Positions 50,365 through 60,640 of a DNA stretch of 64,000 bases are shown here, piece after piece. The stretch lies in contig CAWCAK010000008.1 in the NCBI GenBank assembly GCA_963793455.1, positions 298,480 through 362,479 on the forward strand, written 5' to 3'. A program made the position numbers and the translations under genes. The notes under the pieces are model-generated. The model did not search any database, was not told where the DNA came from, and was given only the letters and a program-made list of their open reading frames with translations. Positions within the stretch are counted from its first letter, which is position 1. Every line of letters begins with the position of its first letter. The DNA is from an uncultured Bacteroidota bacterium. GTDB taxonomy: Bacteria; Bacteroidota; Bacteroidia; Bacteroidales; GCA-2748055.

Positions 50365-50376
50365 TCTTTCCTTGAA

Positions 50377-51927
50377 TTAATAGGGCACGAATTCCATGTA
50401 ATCGAGGACCAATCCCTTTTTGTCAACATTGCCCGGGCCCACATATTCAAAGCGGACCGTCACATTGTCATATTCCGTGTGGTTTTCCACCCAAAAATCG
50501 AATTTATTGAACCTTCCGTCAGGCTTGTAAAAGCCCCCGGCAACACTTGGCAGAATCCCTCTCCTGAGCACATACTCGTACCAGTCGAATTCCTGCTTGA
50601 CCAGCTCGTCATTCACATATATGTTATAGATCCCGCCGATATCCATGTGGGTCCCCACAACTACAAGGTATTTGGAAGCGGGGAATATGGCATCGGTCCT
50701 GAACTCCAGGTCGAAAGTCCCCGTGTAGTCTTGAGGGAACCGAAGGGTAATGATGGAATCATTGGAGCCAAAATCAAGGTACTCCCGCTGAGGTGCAAAA
50801 GCCCTGGTACTTGAAACGGAGACACCCGGCCTCCAGTCAAATTTATTGATCCCCGTCTCCACAACAAGCCATTCCGCTTCGAATTTGTAGGAACCCATGA
50901 AAAGGGTGTCGGGGATGCTGAAGTCGGTGTAATCGTATCCATAACCGTTGCTGCAAAGGGTTTTAAATGCAGGCTCGTAATCGATGACCACACTGTCTCC
51001 CAGGATGTTCATCAGTTTATGGGAATAGATGTCCTCCGGATCCGGGTCCCGGAACTCTTCCTCTTCGACCATGTTCATGAAAAATCCCCGGTCCAGCAGG
51101 AACGGGACCAGCACTTCCTCCTGCCAGGTAACGGGGATGTCCCTGTGGTTGTTATAGACGCCCCCCAGCTTCTGCGCCATCTCGGTCAGGCCGGTTTCAT
51201 ACTGCTCCTTCCCGGGATAAACCAGGGTTGCCGTTGTGGCCCTGAATTCTTCCCTTACCGGGAAATACAGCTCTTCAAAAGTGTTGTAGATAATGGCAAC
51301 CGTATCATAAATGGTGTTCCCAAACTCATCAAATCCTATGGGTTTGCTCAGCTCCTTGTCCAGGATGATCGAATCCTGGTCTTCGATATACCCTTTCAGA
51401 ACAGGGTTGTTTTTTGCAATATACTGGAACAGGTTATCCTTTGGCTCGGCCACCTGATTGATAATAAAATACTTGCCATTCTGGTAGAGCGGGCTCTCAT
51501 AGGTCACTTCTACCCCGTCGAACAGGGTGGTATTGCCCTCGCGCTGGTACAGGGCATATTTCTCAAGCATGGTCTGAAGCTTTCTTTTCCCCTGCACAAA
51601 ATTGGACTGGATATAGTGTTTCGACAGGTGGTATTTCAGGATATCAACGGTACTGACCACCGAATCGATGATCTGGTAATCACCGAAAGCAGCATTGTCC
51701 GGTATAAACAGTGTATAGGTATTGTTGCTCCGGAAAAGGGTATCCAGCTCCTGCTCCTCCATCAGCTGAACAAAGGAAGAGAGTTCCGCCACCTTGCCGA
51801 TGGCTTCCCACACATTTTCATCGATGGTCTCGGGTTGTTCCCCGTAATGCTCGTCCCACTTATACTCACAGCCGGAAAGCAGCAGCAACAGTAAAGCAGC
51901 AAAGGATATTTCATATAGATATTTCAT
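50377..51927 (-). CDS. Fasciclin (FAS1) domain lipoprotein with C-terminal CBM-like beta-sandwich
   Basis: Lipobox LSGC; YTLFIPDNAAF, ILKYHL, SNGYGY and terminal LDYMEFVPY. Confidence 0.8.
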   Translation of the reverse strand: MKYLYEISFAALLLLLLSGCEYKWDEHYGEQPETIDENVWEAIGKVAELSSFVQLMEEQELDTLFRSNNTYTLFIPDNAAFGDYQIIDSVVSTVDILKYHLSKHYIQSNFVQGKRKLQTMLEKYALYQREGNTTLFDGVEVTYESPLYQNGKYFIINQVAEPKDNLFQYIAKNNPVLKGYIEDQDSIILDKELSKPIGFDEFGNTIYDTVAIIYNTFEELYFPVREEFRATTATLVYPGKEQYETGLTEMAQKLGGVYNNHRDIPVTWQEEVLVPFLLDRGFFMNMVEEEEFRDPDPEDIYSHKLMNILGDSVVIDYEPAFKTLCSNGYGYDYTDFSIPDTLFMGSYKFEAEWLVVETGINKFDWRPGVSVSSTRAFAPQREYLDFGSNDSIITLRFPQDYTGTFDLEFRTDAIFPASKYLVVVGTHMDIGGIYNIYVNDELVKQEFDWYEYVLRRGILPSVAGGFYKPDGRFNKFDFWVENHTEYDNVTVRFEYVGPGNVDKKGLVLDYMEFVPY

Positions 51928-51940
51928 CCCCACGGTATCA

Positions 51941-53503
51941 TTAGTATGGTTCAAATCTTATATAGTCCCAGATGAATCTCCCCGGAATAAGCGAGGAAAC
52001 CTCGATGGTATGCTCGGAGTATTGAAGGAAATCGACGCTCCCCAGTTCGATGTCGGCATAGGTACCGGATCCCTCGGATGCGGTTGCCAGGTCGATAAAT
52101 CCCCCCACCTTCCTGCCATCAATGGTGATCTGGATCACAGCGTTCTGGTTCGAATTCCCGTTGGCCCTGAGGAAAGCATTATACCGCCCCTGCACTATCC
52201 TGGGGATCCGGTAGGATATGATAAAATCTCCGTTAATTCGCAGGTAGTCATCATTCCATGCATTTTCGCTGGGATCCCCCTTATAATAGGTCAGCTCAGC
52301 ACCAAACCAGCTGATCCTCAGGAGGGAAGCAGTATCCTCGATCAGGTATTCCCCCGGAATAAGACCGTATTCATTGAGCAGGGGCTCTTCCAGGAACTGG
52401 TAAGTTTTAATGGCCCTGGTAGGCTTCTCCAGTTTCAGTACACGGTCGATAAAATGAATGGCCCCGCTTCTGGTCAGCAGGTTGCTCTCATCATAATAGA
52501 ACCCGATATAATCGACATAGGCAGTGTCCCCTTGGTTGACAATGGTATCATACACGGTCTTGCCTTTGTTAATGGCGAGATCGATTCCGTACCCGTTGAT
52601 GTTGACGGGTACATCTCCAAAGGTGCTGTAATTGGTCGCTTTACCTTCGAAATCATCCAGGTAATAGTTGCCCTCGATTCCGTGATAGGCCACAAAGGTA
52701 TGGAGGGGATTCTGCGGATCCGTGTAATCATTGCTCCCCGGGCTAATGGTATCTGCCAGGTCCCCGAAAGAGTAAATACCCCTCTTATGAAATATGGAAT
52801 CAGCTTCAAGCAGAAGTGTGACAGCATTTGAATTGGCCAGGGAATCATTGGCAATGAGGCTGAAAGCATCCTCCAGTCCCGTTGCTTCCACCGCCGCGAA
52901 GAAGATGGAAAAGGCGGGATCGGACCCCAGCCACTCGTAGGTGGTATAGGTGATGGGAAGCAGCATTTTGCTGAGCACATGGACAAAACCATTGGATACC
53001 TCAATGTTCGATTCCGTCACAGGTGCCTGGTTGTTGATCACATAGTAGGCCGTGTCTTTCTCCAGTACCACCTGCACGGTCAGGTAGTTGTTGGAGAGGG
53101 TCGGTTCTGAGAATGCGCCAAAGGGAAACTCATCCGTTTTGAACGCACGGTTGATCACGTGGAACCTGCTGATGGCTGATGTATAAACCTGGTCCGCCAG
53201 CAGGTCATCAAGGGTGTTGTACCGGTCGGTTGAACTGATAAAATCGGCGATGGCCCCATCGGTGGGCAGGAAAAGGGTATAATCCTCACCATTGGGGTTG
53301 TAGGCACTCAGGGTCTTGTCAAGTCCGCCGCTCTCCAGGATCTTCAGAAAGCTGGAATAGGCCTCCTTGTTCTCTACTATATAGTCATACATGGTGAACT
53401 CCTCGAGGTCCTCAAATGATGCCTCGATGGTCGGATCCTCGCATGCAGTCAGCAATAGGGATCCTGCCAGTACTATCCAACAATATATCGCTTTATTCAT
53501 CAT
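51941..53503 (-). CDS. Tandem fasciclin domain lipoprotein (DUF5108-like C-terminus)
   Basis: Lipobox LTAC; YTLFLPTDGA, SNGFVHVL, SGAIHFIDRVL and terminal WDYIRFEPY. Confidence 0.82.
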   Translation of the reverse strand: MMNKAIYCWIVLAGSLLLTACEDPTIEASFEDLEEFTMYDYIVENKEAYSSFLKILESGGLDKTLSAYNPNGEDYTLFLPTDGAIADFISSTDRYNTLDDLLADQVYTSAISRFHVINRAFKTDEFPFGAFSEPTLSNNYLTVQVVLEKDTAYYVINNQAPVTESNIEVSNGFVHVLSKMLLPITYTTYEWLGSDPAFSIFFAAVEATGLEDAFSLIANDSLANSNAVTLLLEADSIFHKRGIYSFGDLADTISPGSNDYTDPQNPLHTFVAYHGIEGNYYLDDFEGKATNYSTFGDVPVNINGYGIDLAINKGKTVYDTIVNQGDTAYVDYIGFYYDESNLLTRSGAIHFIDRVLKLEKPTRAIKTYQFLEEPLLNEYGLIPGEYLIEDTASLLRISWFGAELTYYKGDPSENAWNDDYLRINGDFIISYRIPRIVQGRYNAFLRANGNSNQNAVIQITIDGRKVGGFIDLATASEGSGTYADIELGSVDFLQYSEHTIEVSSLIPGRFIWDYIRFEPY

Positions 53504-54969
53504 CAGAACTGGTAATATGGGTTTTGAACCAGGGCCCTGTTCCGCTCCATTTCATTTTCATGGATGGGGAAATACCAACCCAGTGGATTTGTGAGTTTCA
53601 GTGCCAGGATTCTTTTCTGTGTGGAAGGTACGTTCCTGATCACTGTTTCAATCAGTTTGTCCTTCCTGCTGTAATCGTTCCTTCTGCCCATCCTGAGCAG
53701 GTCAAACCAACGCTTCCCTTCAAATGCCAGTTCCCTTGCCCGCTCTTCCAGGATCGCATCCTCGAAGGCAGTGGGGCTTTCAGGCAATATGAGAACAGGC
53801 ACATCTGCCCGGATCCGGACTTCATTGAGGGCAGCCTGCGCTTCCGTGTACCGGCCAAGCTGGGAGAGCGCTTCAGCTTTCATCAGCAGGATCTCCGCAT
53901 ACCGGTAGACCATCCAGTTGCAGCTTCTCTGGTCAGCACCCGACCTGACAGTGGTACCGTCCGGCAGCCTGCCTACGTATTTCCAGATGATGTAATCACC
54001 CTCCCCGTACTTCTTGATGGAGACCCCGTCTCCCCGGTAGAGGTCCACGGTGAACTGGGGGTTGAACAGCTCAAGGGTGAAGTCACTGGGATCGTACTGG
54101 TGGGCGTTGACCTGGGTAATGTTGTACATGCTGTTCTCCTGTCCACGGCTCTGTTCGAACTGAAATTCAAAGATCCCCTCGATGCTGTTTCCGGGGGAGA
54201 AGAGCTCAAACCATTCCACGCGGCCCAGAAGCTTGTATCGTTCCGATTCCTCGATCTTTGCAATATGCCCAAGGCAAGCCTCGTATTCAAAATTCCACAG
54301 GGTGATATCGGCGAGCAATGCATCAAAGGCAGCAAGGGAAGCCCTCCCCTTGTTCTCCTCCAGTGTGGGAAAAGCATCCCCGGGGGCAAAATTCCGGTTG
54401 GCCAACAGGTCCGACTTGATCTGCTCGATCACCACGCTTTCGTCCGACTTGGGCAGGTAAAAATCCACCTCGTCGTTGTCACTGGGCTCCAGGACCAGTG
54501 GAACTTCCTTGAAGATCCTCACCAGGTAAAAATAACTGAGGCTTCTCAAATAATAGGCCTCGGCCAAGAATCCCTTGAGCAGGTAGTCATTGAAGGTGTC
54601 ATCCTTTTCCTGGACCTCGGGCGCATTCTGGATGACCTCGTTGCAGTAGTTGATGACCTGGTAGAATTTCTCCCAGCTGCAGAGGGGATTATCGGGGTAA
54701 ATATTGCTTTCCATCACCTTCAGCTCCTGAGTCGACTGGCTGTAGTCCCCCACGATCATGTCGGCCCTGAGCTCACCGTATTTAAAAAAGAGCTCATCCA
54801 TGGCAGCCATTGATTCATAGGCCCCCATCAGCACCGATTCCACATCTTCCTTCTTGTTCCAGAATTCCTCCCTGATCAGGCCGTCGGGTGGAATCAAGTC
54901 GAGCCAGTCCCCGCAACCCGTCATCATGAGAAATGCTGCCAATACTATAGATCGAATGGTTCTCTTCAT
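53503..54969 (-). CDS. susD: RagB/SusD family lipoprotein (pair 1)
   Basis: Lipobox MTGC. Motifs GELRAD, AEAYYLRSLSYFYLVR, YRYAEILLMKAEA, ERARELAFEGKRWFDL and LVQNPYY. Confidence 0.93.
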   Translation of the reverse strand: MKRTIRSIVLAAFLMMTGCGDWLDLIPPDGLIREEFWNKKEDVESVLMGAYESMAAMDELFFKYGELRADMIVGDYSQSTQELKVMESNIYPDNPLCSWEKFYQVINYCNEVIQNAPEVQEKDDTFNDYLLKGFLAEAYYLRSLSYFYLVRIFKEVPLVLEPSDNDEVDFYLPKSDESVVIEQIKSDLLANRNFAPGDAFPTLEENKGRASLAAFDALLADITLWNFEYEACLGHIAKIEESERYKLLGRVEWFELFSPGNSIEGIFEFQFEQSRGQENSMYNITQVNAHQYDPSDFTLELFNPQFTVDLYRGDGVSIKKYGEGDYIIWKYVGRLPDGTTVRSGADQRSCNWMVYRYAEILLMKAEALSQLGRYTEAQAALNEVRIRADVPVLILPESPTAFEDAILEERARELAFEGKRWFDLLRMGRRNDYSRKDKLIETVIRNVPSTQKRILALKLTNPLGWYFPIHENEMERNRALVQNPYYQF

Positions 54970-54988
54970 CTCTTGCCTGCTTAATATC

Positions 54989-57900
54989 TTAAAATCCAAC
55001 CTGAATACTTAAAGTGAATATTTTCGGGGGAGGCGTGTTGGCCCTGTCCTCCCCGATCCAGAAGGGATCTGAAGCATCCTGAGGGACCTCGGGATCCTGT
55101 CCTGTATACCGGGTAAAGGTGAGCAGCTTGCGCCCCACGAGAGAAAACTTGGCACTGTTGATACCCAGCCGGTCACAGATCCTGCGGTCAAGGTCATATC
55201 CGATCCGGATGGAATTCAACCGGATAAAATCACCCTGCTCAATGTACCTGTCCGATCCGAGGTTATTGGCCGGGTGGTTCAGGTATGCCCTCGGGAGCAT
55301 CCCCTCCTCATCCTGGCCCTGTACCCTCCACCGGCTCAGAACCGCCTTGCTCTGGTTGTTGCGGTTGCTCATGCTCTGGGTTTCAAGGGCAACCCTGTTG
55401 ACGATGTCAAAACCGGCACGGTAATAGAAGCTGCAGGAGAAATCGAAATCCTTCCACCTGACCAGGGTCCCGAATCCTCCCACGTAGTCAGGATTCGAAT
55501 CCCCGATAAACACCACATCGTTCAGGTCGATCTTGCCGTCATGATTGATATCTTCATACATGGCATCACCTCCCTTGAACTCGTAAGTGCCCGCATAGGT
55601 GAATGGGATGGGTTCGCCGTTCCCGTCCACCAGGATGTTGCCATCGGCATCCAGTGCCACCACATCCTCATCCGAAGGCCATACTCCCAGGTAGCGGAAT
55701 CCGAAGAACGAACCGATGGGCTCCCCTTCCACCACTCTTTTGGGGTATTGCCCGTTGGAGATGGAGATGTCCTGCTCTGTATTGAAGTTTTCAGGAAGTT
55801 TGTTAAAAGAGTTGATGTTCCTGGAGATATTGGCATTCACGGACCAGAGGAAATCGTCCCTTGCGGATAATCTTGAAGTCCGACATCATTTCCCAGCCCC
55901 TGTTCTCCAGCTCACCCCCGTTCAGGTACCTCAACTGGCTAAACCCGGAGGAGTATGGAATGTCGTAACTGGGAAACAGGATATCCTTGGTCACCTTGTT
56001 GTAGAGATCACCCTGCAGGTAGACCCTGTCCTTGAACATATTCAGGTCCAGTCCCAGGTTCCATGAGTAAATGGATTCCCACTGCAGTGCGTTTAACTGG
56101 ATCTGGGTAGGAACCACGGAAAGGTTATCGATGTAGCTCCCTGTGTATGTTGATTCGTAGGTGGCAAACCGGGCGTAGGCATCCCTAGGTTGCCTGCCCG
56201 ACAGGCCCCAGCTTGCCCTGAAAAGGCTCTCCCCGAGCCATTCGAAACTGCTGAGGAAGGCTTCACTGGAAAATCTCCACCCAGCCGAAACGCCCCCGAA
56301 TTTTCCCCACCGGTTGGCCGATCCGAACGAGGAATGGGCATCTGACCTGAAAATGGTCTGAAGCATGTAACGGTCCCGGAGCTTGTAGTTCAGGTTCACC
56401 AGTATGCCCAGCTCCCGGACCTCGCTGGAGCCGTTCCCTATCCAGTTGATCTGCGGATCGATGGCCGGGTCCACGATCTCCGTACTGGGGGAACGGTTCC
56501 CCTGGAGGCTGACCCACTCCGACTCAGACTGGGAGGTGATCCAGTTCACCGCACCGGTGAGTACGTGGTCGGTATTCTTGAACGGGCTGTTAAGAGCCAG
56601 CTGTGTCTCTGTTTTCAGGGAGGTGTTCAATGAATTCCCTTCCACCGAACGGTTCACGGCACCACTGAGCCAGTCCGCTCCGATGGCATTGTAAGGTACA
56701 AAACTGTTTGATTTTGTTCCGGCATACTGAAAGGAGAGCGATGTCCGGAACGACAACAATTTGGAGATCCTGTACCGGAGCTGGAACGTATTCTGCAACT
56801 GGTTCATGGAACGGTCGTCCTGGCCAAGCTCCGCCAGTGCCACCGGGTTGAAATAGGTGGTGCCGGATCCCTGGTAACTGTTGATGGGTGTAAAGTACTC
56901 ACCGGTGGGATGGCCATCCTCATCATGTTCCCAGACGGTCATGTTGGGCGCTTTGACGTAGGCCATGGCCCTTACATTCCTTGCTCCCCATAACTGGGCA
57001 TTCCTCCGGGTATTGTTGTTGGTGTAGTTGAACTTCACAGAAAAGGAGAGGTTCCTTGTGAGGAAATAATCGAGGTTCACCCTGGTGGAAAACCGTTTTG
57101 AATAGGTATTGATGGTGGTGCCCCCCTCGCTGACATAGTTAAAGGAGGTGAAGTACCTGGTCCGCTCCCCGCCACCGGTGATCTTGAAATAGTTATCATG
57201 GGTCACCGAATTCTGTGTGATGGCACCAAGCCAGTCCGTGTTGGCCGTGTAGTTATAGAAATCGGCATAGTCCCTGTCATAGGCAATCTCGGGAGGAATG
57301 TCGAATACTCCCCTGGCGTTGTGCCACTCCTCCAGCTGAAGCATGATGTACTCGTCTCCGTTGAGCATGGGAATGGGATCGGGCTGTATGTTGGTGCTGT
57401 TCCGGTACTGGTAATCGAACATAACCTTGCCCATCCTGCCCCGGAGGGTTTCGATCATCAGTACCCCGTCGGCCCCCTTGGAGCCGTAAATGGCTGTGGA
57501 GGCTGCGTCCTTCAGGACCTCAATGGACTTGATGTCCTGGACGGCGATATTGATCAGCTGACCAATATCTTCCGCGTCGGCCGATGTGAGGTCGAAACTT
57601 TCGGATACGTTCTGCTGGGGGATCCCGTCAATGACGATGAGTGGCTTTGCATTTCCCATGGAGCTCAGGCCCCTGATCACCAGCTGGGATCCTGATCCCG
57701 GGTCCCCGGAGTTGCTGATAATATCCACACCGCTCACCTTTCCCTGCAGGGCATCTGCCGCAGATACTGCCCCGATCTCTCCCATCTCGGAGAAATCGAT
57801 CTTTACGGTGGCGGCCGCATTATCCCGGTCGTCGATATTGGTCAGCCGGCTGCTCTCCCTGGCCTGGGCGGTGATGGTCACCTCCTCGATATCCAGTGTG

Positions 57901-58205
57901 GAGGGTTCCATTTCGATCATGACAGGATTGTTGGGATCCACAGGTACATCTGCATTGGCATACCCGATGTAGCTGACCCTGACTTTGTTCCCGGGGTTTT
58001 TCATTTCAAGGACAAAATCACCGTTCAAGTCGGAAATGGTACCGTTTACAACCCGCTCTTCGCTGTCGTACTCAATGATGGTGGCACCGATAATGCCCTC
58101 CTGTTCTGTCTTGTCGATCACCCGTCCCCTGACGATGGTCCTGGTCTGGCCATACGCATGGGACAGGCTGAACAACACCAGTCCAAAAAGTAGTAATTTC
58201 TTCAT
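54989..58205 (-). CDS. susC: SusC/RagA family TonB-dependent transporter (pair 1), frameshift near 55850
   Basis: N-terminal carboxypeptidase-regulatory-like domain (SYIGY); LQGKVSGV, PLIVIDG, IEVLKDAASTAIYGSKGADGV, SSFG..NRWG, DINHDGKID and YTGQDPE; C-terminal Phe. Confidence 0.93.
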
Positions 58206-58209
58206 CTTT

Positions 58210-60516
58210 CTAATTTGAATCCAGGTCCTCAAATACAAGCACCTTGTCAATGGAGTGTATCACACCCGAAGTGACAATGGCGGGAAATGCAGCTCCAACG
58301 TCCCCGGTACGGTTCACGACGATATAATTTGTCTGGGGCGATTCCTCCATTGAGAGATAGTCATCACCACTCTTACCGGGGAAAACGATCTCGTCATTTC
58401 CTGTCTCAAGATATATTTTCGAATAGACCGTTCTGTACGGGGTGGTGGCCTCATCAATGCGGGCGGTTTCATAATACCCTGAAGGCATGCGCCCGTCGGT
58501 GAAGATCAACTCCCCCTGAATGAAATGGGTCAGCAGGAAGTTGCTGAGCTCCCCGGTTGACAGTGAATCTGTGGGGAAAGCATTGAGCACGCTGTCACTG
58601 GGAACGAACACGGTATACACCTGGTTATCACCGACGAAGGTGTACGTGTACTCCTTTGCGTTGGCCAGTCCTGCTTTCACCATCAGCTGATGAAATACAG
58701 GATAGGATGTTACTATTTTATTATACAGGGAATTGAGGTTAAAGCTGAACCAGTTCTGTATCTCCCATGTGGTTCCGTTGTCGGCATCCGTGCTGATCTG
58801 AACGGGGTAACTGGGATCCTGCATACTCCCCTTGAATCCGAAAGTGGTGGGTGCCGTTCCGCTCACCTCCCCCGTTTCGTTGTTGACGATGATATGGTTC
58901 CCCGCCAGGTTTTCAATAAACTCTTTCCTGGCATTGCCCCTGGGATTATCCAGCGCAATGTGATTAAACAACAGGGTCCTGAGCTCCCCCTGGGAAAGGG
59001 TTTGCCCCACCGCGGCGTCGTCCGGCACGAGCACATACGCTCTGAATCTTTCATTACTGTAATCATAAGTCAGGGAGGAATCAACTCCCAGGCTGATATC
59101 GCTCTCCACGAACAGCATGTAGTTCTTATCCGCGCGTTTCAGTGCCGGCAGCACCTCGGACGCTTCAATGGCAAACATGGCCGTGGAGAACTTCCGTTGA
59201 AGGAATACCGGACCCGTGACAGATTTGAACGCCCTGGGGACGATGGTCTTGTTCACCCCTATAAAGGTGCAGTTGCTCCCGAATTCCTTCTCCACCACGG
59301 TGGAAGGATCAATCTTCACGTAATCCAGTTCACCGTTGTAATAGCCCTCATCAAAATCCGAGGGGTAGATCGCGTTGGTGGAGAGGTGGGTGTTTGCGAT
59401 GATCCGTTTGAAGTAAGGCGGACTGCTTTCCAGGTTCCCCCAGCGCCCCTCCCCTACCAGGTACTCATTCAGAAACGCATCGAATGCCTCGTCGGTGGGT
59501 GCCACGAGACCATGGTGGTACCTGATCGTAACATTGTCGGGTAATCCGGTGGTGCCTTTCGGTGGATTGGTCTTCTCGTTATGAATATCAAAGGCCAGTT
59601 CAGGATAGGTGAGGTCAAAAAGGGAATCCACGGCCAATCCCTGATCAACCCCGGTCTGATCATTGGTCTTTTCCAGGTTAAACTCGAACTCCGGGAAACG
59701 GTTGACAACCTCATAAAATTTCTTGTACGACTTGCTTCCACCTGATTCGGACATGATCTCCTGGCCATTTCTCAGCGGGGACACCACCCTGTCGATCTCG
59801 TATATAAAGCCATTCTCTGCAAAGATCTCCTCCCCGGCGATCTTTGCCCCCGCGTAATAGAGGTCCCCTCCTCCCTCATAGGGCCTGTCAAAATAAAATT
59901 CATAATCCCCCGGCTGCAGGTTATAAATACTGAAATACTGGTCAAAGAACACGGGGGCATATTTCCTCGATTCCTGTATCACCCTCCTTCTCAAGTCACT
60001 CTCCAGGGTATCGACAATGATCACCCGCTGGTCCCTCTGATTATACCCTACGCCTACGACCCAGTCCTCCTCCAGCAGCAGGGTTTCCCGCTTGAAGCCC
60101 TTGGGTTGGTCATTTTCCGGGTCATCGGGATCGATCCACCCCCGCACATCCAGCGATTGAAGCTGGATCTTGCTCCATGGGTTCTGCACAATATGGTACT
60201 TGACAATCCTTTTCAGTTCATTGATGGGGATCTCCTCCAGTGAATTGTAAAGAGCGTGCTCCTGAAAATACCGTGTGAATGCCCCATCCGTAGGGGCAAA
60301 CAGTGTATAGCTTCCTGAGACATCGATGATGGTATCATACCCTGTCAATTCAATGGCCCTTGTAAAGGTCTCGAATCCCTCCTGTTCCTTCAGGATGGTG
60401 AAGACCTTGCCTGCAAGCCAGTCCGGCCGCTTGTATATATCATCCATCTCTTCCTTGCATCCTGTCAGCAGGAACAGTACAGACGCAAGAAGCAATATGG
60501 GGATCTTTCGGTTCAT
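58210..60516 (-). CDS. Multi-fasciclin domain lipoprotein
   Basis: Lipobox LTGC. Repeated FAS1 motifs YTLFAPTDGAF, NGFIYEIDRV, APTDEAF, YTVFVPSD and SGVIHSIDKVL. Confidence 0.85.
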   Translation of the reverse strand: MNRKIPILLLASVLFLLTGCKEEMDDIYKRPDWLAGKVFTILKEQEGFETFTRAIELTGYDTIIDVSGSYTLFAPTDGAFTRYFQEHALYNSLEEIPINELKRIVKYHIVQNPWSKIQLQSLDVRGWIDPDDPENDQPKGFKRETLLLEEDWVVGVGYNQRDQRVIIVDTLESDLRRRVIQESRKYAPVFFDQYFSIYNLQPGDYEFYFDRPYEGGGDLYYAGAKIAGEEIFAENGFIYEIDRVVSPLRNGQEIMSESGGSKSYKKFYEVVNRFPEFEFNLEKTNDQTGVDQGLAVDSLFDLTYPELAFDIHNEKTNPPKGTTGLPDNVTIRYHHGLVAPTDEAFDAFLNEYLVGEGRWGNLESSPPYFKRIIANTHLSTNAIYPSDFDEGYYNGELDYVKIDPSTVVEKEFGSNCTFIGVNKTIVPRAFKSVTGPVFLQRKFSTAMFAIEASEVLPALKRADKNYMLFVESDISLGVDSSLTYDYSNERFRAYVLVPDDAAVGQTLSQGELRTLLFNHIALDNPRGNARKEFIENLAGNHIIVNNETGEVSGTAPTTFGFKGSMQDPSYPVQISTDADNGTTWEIQNWFSFNLNSLYNKIVTSYPVFHQLMVKAGLANAKEYTYTFVGDNQVYTVFVPSDSVLNAFPTDSLSTGELSNFLLTHFIQGELIFTDGRMPSGYYETARIDEATTPYRTVYSKIYLETGNDEIVFPGKSGDDYLSMEESPQTNYIVVNRTGDVGAAFPAIVTSGVIHSIDKVLVFEDLDSN

Positions 60517-60568
60517 TTCCAGGTTATTTTAACATATGGTCAGGATCTCCCTGTCCATCCCGAATAAG

Positions 60569-60603
60569 AAGGAAGGGCAATGGGCACGCCATTACCCTTC
60601 CTT
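60569..60603 (-). terminator. 15-bp stem-loop between the giant T9SS gene and the first fasciclin gene (terminator, attenuator or mRNA-stability hairpin)
   Basis: AAGGAAGGGCAATGG-GCACG-CCATTACCCTTCCTT, with one G.U pair on the minus-strand RNA and a weak U tail. Confidence 0.6.
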
Positions 60604-60640
60604 AAACTGTCAATAAATCAATCCGACAATGATGCCTCGC

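Noticed and set aside
53416-54813. Long antisense ORFs (465 aa here; also 45537-46637, 11471-12457, 38155-39072, 51019-51894)
   Set aside because: They lie opposite well-supported genes, have no recognisable motifs, and are the expected shadow ORFs of GC3-rich codon usage.
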